A stretch of 64,000 bases of DNA, filler included, from an uncultured bacterium (GTDB lineage: Bacteria > DAOPZR01), in the NCBI GenBank assembly GCA_964637655.1. It is 21 parts of 21 records of this genome, joined end to end, with 100 filler letters (N's around TTAATTAATTAA, not from the genome) between each part and the next. Parts side by side here need not be neighbours in the genome. Positions count along the whole stretch, not along the records: positions 59,074 to 61,889 come from CAZWUZ010000384.1; positions 61,990 to 64,000 come from CAZWUZ010000453.1; 19 more parts are not named here. One strand, 5' to 3'. Shown here piece by piece: positions 61,154 through 64,000 of the stretch. The notes below the pieces were generated by a model that saw nothing but the letters and a program-made list of their open reading frames with translations, was not told where the DNA came from and made no database searches. The position numbers were made by a program, and so were the translations under genes. Within the stretch, counting starts at the first letter, position 1, and every line of letters begins with the position of its first letter.

Positions 61154-61889
61154 TCAGTCCGTTCCGGGATACTCGACTTCGCGCTGCAGTTCGACTCCGA
61201 ACTGCTGTTGCACCCGCGCGGCGGCCTGCACCGCCACCTGCTGCACCTCGGCCGCGCTTGCGCCGCCGAGGTTGATGATGAAATTCGCATGCCCGGCGAA
61301 GACCGCCGCCGCGCCGCTGCGCAACCCCTTGCATCCCGCGCGGTCGAGCAGGTCACCCGCCGCCTGCCGCCGGTCGCTCCCCGGTGCCGGGGGGAGGTTG
61401 CGGAAGAAACTCCCCGCACACCCGCAATGGGCCGGGTGCTGCGCGAGGCGCCGCGCCCGGTCGTCAAGAATCGCCTGCTGCAACACCTGCGCGTCACCCG
61501 GGGCCAGCGCGAACGTCGCGCTGAGCAGCGTGTGGCTGCGGTCCTGCGCGAGGCGCGAGGTGCGGTAGGCGAAGGCGAACCAGTCGCGCCCGACCTCGAC
61601 GATGCTGCCGTCAGGCGCCAGCAGCCGCGCCGCCTGCAGCCGGTCGCCCATCCCGCAGCCGTAGGCACCCGCATTGCCGCGCACGGCGCCGCCGACGGTA
61701 CCGTAGATGCCGCCGGCGAATTCGAGCCCGGCCAGGCCCGCCCGCGCCGTCGCCAGCGCGAGGTGCGCGGTGGCCGTGCCCGAAGCCGCGGTCACCGTCG
61801 TCCCGTCAATGGTCAGCCCGGCAGTGCGGTCGAGCACCGTCAAACCGCGCCGGCCCGCGTCGTCGAGCAGCACGTTGCTGCCGCCACCC
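61154..61889 (-). CDS. murB: UDP-N-acetylmuramate dehydrogenase (5' truncated)
   Basis: GGSNVL, GLEFAGGIYGTVGGAVRGNAGAYG, YRTS, AGSFFRN, HANFIIN, LQREV. Confidence 0.95.
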
Positions 61890-61989
61890 NNNNNNNNNNN
61901 NNNNNNNNNNNNNNNNNNNNNNNNNNNNNNNNNTTAATTAATTAANNNNNNNNNNNNNNNNNNNNNNNNNNNNNNNNNNNNNNNNNNNN

Positions 61990-62304
61990 GCGGAACTGGG
62001 CGCCGACATCGCCAAGGTCGCCTACACCGGCACCCCCGAGTCGGTCGCCGAGGTGGTTGCCGGCTGCCATATCCCCGTGGTTATCGCCGGCGGCGAGAAG
62101 ATGGAGACGGACAAGGACATCCTCGTCATGGTTGACGGGGCGCTCAAGGCGGGGGCGCGCGGCGTTTCCATCGGGCGCAATGTCTACGAGCACGCCGACC
62201 CGCGCCAGCTGCTCACCGTCATGAACCACATGGCGCACCGCAAACTGACGCTGGCTGATGCGCTCAAACAACTTGGCGGCGGCAAGCCGGCGAAGAAGCA
62301 GTGA
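61990..62304 (+). CDS. DhnA-type class I aldolase, probable 2-amino-3,7-dideoxy-D-threo-hept-6-ulosonate synthase (5' truncated)
   Basis: AELGADIAKVAYTG (Schiff-base Lys), PVVIAGG, GRNVY. Adjacent to DHQ synthase II. Confidence 0.8.
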   Translation, partial: AELGADIAKVAYTGTPESVAEVVAGCHIPVVIAGGEKMETDKDILVMVDGALKAGARGVSIGRNVYEHADPRQLLTVMNHMAHRKLTLADALKQLGGGKPAKKQ

Positions 62305-62317
62305 CGGGAGAACAGCG

Positions 62318-63310
62318 ATGAAACAGTTGTGGGTGGCCAGCGAGCCGTACGCCAAGGAGACCATCACCGCCGCGCTCGAGGCGGGGGCGCAGGCAGTCAT
62401 CGTGCCCGCGGGGAAAACCGCCGACGTGCATGCGCTCGGGCGCATCCTCACCGTCGCGCCTGACGGCGACCTCGTGCCGGGACGCGATGCGGAATGCCTC
62501 ACCATCCGCAACAAGCAGGACGAGGAACGCGCCGCGTCGCTGCCGGAGACCTGCTGGCTCGTCGTTACGCTCACCGACTGGACGGTCATTCCGCTGGAGA
62601 ATCTCATCGCCCGCCGCGGGCGCATCATCGCCGAAGTCAAAAGCGCCGACGAGGCGCGCCTCGCGCTCACCATCCTCGAGCGCGGCGTCGACGGCGTCCT
62701 GCTGCGCAATCCCGCCCCGGGCATCATCGCCGCGGTCGCCGCGGCGGTGGCGGAAAGCGGGACGAAGTTCCCGCTGCAGGAAGCGACAATCACCGCGGTC
62801 AAACAGCTCGGCATGGGTGACCGCGTCTGCATCGATACCTGCTCCGCGCTGCGCGTCGGCGAGGGGATGCTCGTCGGCAACTCCACCGGGGCCATGTTCC
62901 TCGTCCATTCCGAAAGCATCGAAACCCCGTACGTCAATCCGCGTCCGTTTCGCGTCAATGCCGGGCCGCTGCACGCCTACGTCTTCGGCACCGACGACCG
63001 CACCCCGTACCTCTCCGACCTCAAGGCGGGCGAAACCGTGCTCGCGGTCGACCATACCGGTGCTTCGCGCCCCGTCGTCATCGGGCGGCTCAAGACCGAG
63101 CGCCGCCCGCTGCTCCTGGTCGAGGCCACGGCCGGCGACAGTCCCGTCTCGTGCATCCTGCAGAACGCGGAGACCATCCGCCTCACCGCGCCCGACGGGC
63201 AGCCGCGCTCGGTGGCCACGCTCAAAGCGGGCGACACGGTGCTTGTCTACCGCGAGCAGGCGGGACGCCACTTCGGCATCCGCGTCGAGGAAACCATCGC
63301 CGAAACCTGA
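62318..63310 (+). CDS. 3-dehydroquinate synthase II (archaeal-type)
   Basis: DWTVIPLENLIA, GDRVCIDTCS, RPFRVNAG, LQNAETIRL, GRHFG. Confidence 0.92.
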   Translation: MKQLWVASEPYAKETITAALEAGAQAVIVPAGKTADVHALGRILTVAPDGDLVPGRDAECLTIRNKQDEERAASLPETCWLVVTLTDWTVIPLENLIARRGRIIAEVKSADEARLALTILERGVDGVLLRNPAPGIIAAVAAAVAESGTKFPLQEATITAVKQLGMGDRVCIDTCSALRVGEGMLVGNSTGAMFLVHSESIETPYVNPRPFRVNAGPLHAYVFGTDDRTPYLSDLKAGETVLAVDHTGASRPVVIGRLKTERRPLLLVEATAGDSPVSCILQNAETIRLTAPDGQPRSVATLKAGDTVLVYREQAGRHFGIRVEETIAET

Positions 63311-63376
63311 CCGCGGCCGGTGGCGCGCCGCCCGCGGCCATGCTACACTCGCCACCATCCCTGACGGAGGTGCGTC

Positions 63377-63946
63377 ATGCACGCCAGCTTCGGCCACGCG
63401 CAATACCTGATCCGCCGCAAGATCCTCAAGCTGCTCGGAGGTGCGTTCCATATCTACGCCCCGGACGGATCGCTCGTCCTCTACTCCGAACTCAAGGCGT
63501 TCAAACTCAAGGAGGATATCCGCCTCTACGCCGACGAGGGGAAAACGCAGGAACTGCTCACCATCAGGGCGCGCAGTATCATCGATTTCGGCGCCACCTA
63601 CGACGTGGTCGACGCGACTACCGGGGAGAAGGTCGGGGCGCTGCGCCGCAAGGGGATGAAGTCGATCCTGCGCGATACCTGGCTTATCCTCGACGCGCAG
63701 GACGCGGAGTGCGGGACCATCGAGGAGGACAGCCTGCCCCTCGCGCTCATCCGCCGTTTCCTCTGCAAGTGGGTGCCGCAGCAGTTCGCTGTTACGCTGC
63801 GCGGGCAGCCGGCCGCCGGCCTCAAGCAGAATTTCAATCCCTTCGTGCTCAAACTGACGCTGACCTTCAACGGTGATGCGTTCGACCGCCGGCTTGGGCT
63901 CGCGGCCGCCATCCTGCTCGCCGCCATCGAGGGACGCCAGGACTGA
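63377..63946 (+). CDS. LURP-one/scramblase-like hypothetical protein
   Basis: KAFKLKEDIRLY, IIDFGATYDV, DRRLGLAAAILLAAIEGRQ. GGAGGT RBS. Confidence 0.7.
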   Translation: MHASFGHAQYLIRRKILKLLGGAFHIYAPDGSLVLYSELKAFKLKEDIRLYADEGKTQELLTIRARSIIDFGATYDVVDATTGEKVGALRRKGMKSILRDTWLILDAQDAECGTIEEDSLPLALIRRFLCKWVPQQFAVTLRGQPAAGLKQNFNPFVLKLTLTFNGDAFDRRLGLAAAILLAAIEGRQD

Positions 63947-64000
63947 TGGACGCCGCCGCCCTCGCCGCACAGTTCGGGGTCAGCGAACGCGCCGCGTCCG

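Overview
The window is not one locus. It is 21 short contigs (about 2.8-3.15 kb each, in decreasing length order, the last cut by the window edge) joined by 100-bp N/TTAATTAATTAA linkers, apparently a fragmented, GC-rich bacterial draft genome or MAG. Gene neighbourhoods are only meaningful within a contig. Most content is housekeeping or envelope genes: radA, mlaD/F-like, icd, mutL-miaA, maf, eno, murB, uvsE, a 16S rRNA 5' end and a 23S 3' end plus 5S. There are also polysaccharide-modification genes, c-di-GMP and two-component signalling genes, ygeY-ygeW and a yedE/tusA-like selenium-linked cluster, and an archaeal-type dehydroquinate pathway. The most unusual observations are: (i) a ~105-nt structured expansion at helix 98 of the 23S rRNA; (ii) a MAD3/MAD4-like ABC-ATPase pair with no upstream MADS genes; (iii) ~48-bp inverted repeats, each with two perfect DnaA boxes, bracketing a zinc-ribbon/protease/TPR gene; (iv) an orphan double-glycine-leader peptide, and on another contig an RRE-radical SAM/SPASM enzyme; (v) a PD-(D/E)XK nuclease-like gene directly behind the 5S rRNA; (vi) tandem repeats ending in a tRNA-like 3' end; (vii) several dispersed palindromic repeat families. 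All family assignments come from motif recognition by eye, not database searches.
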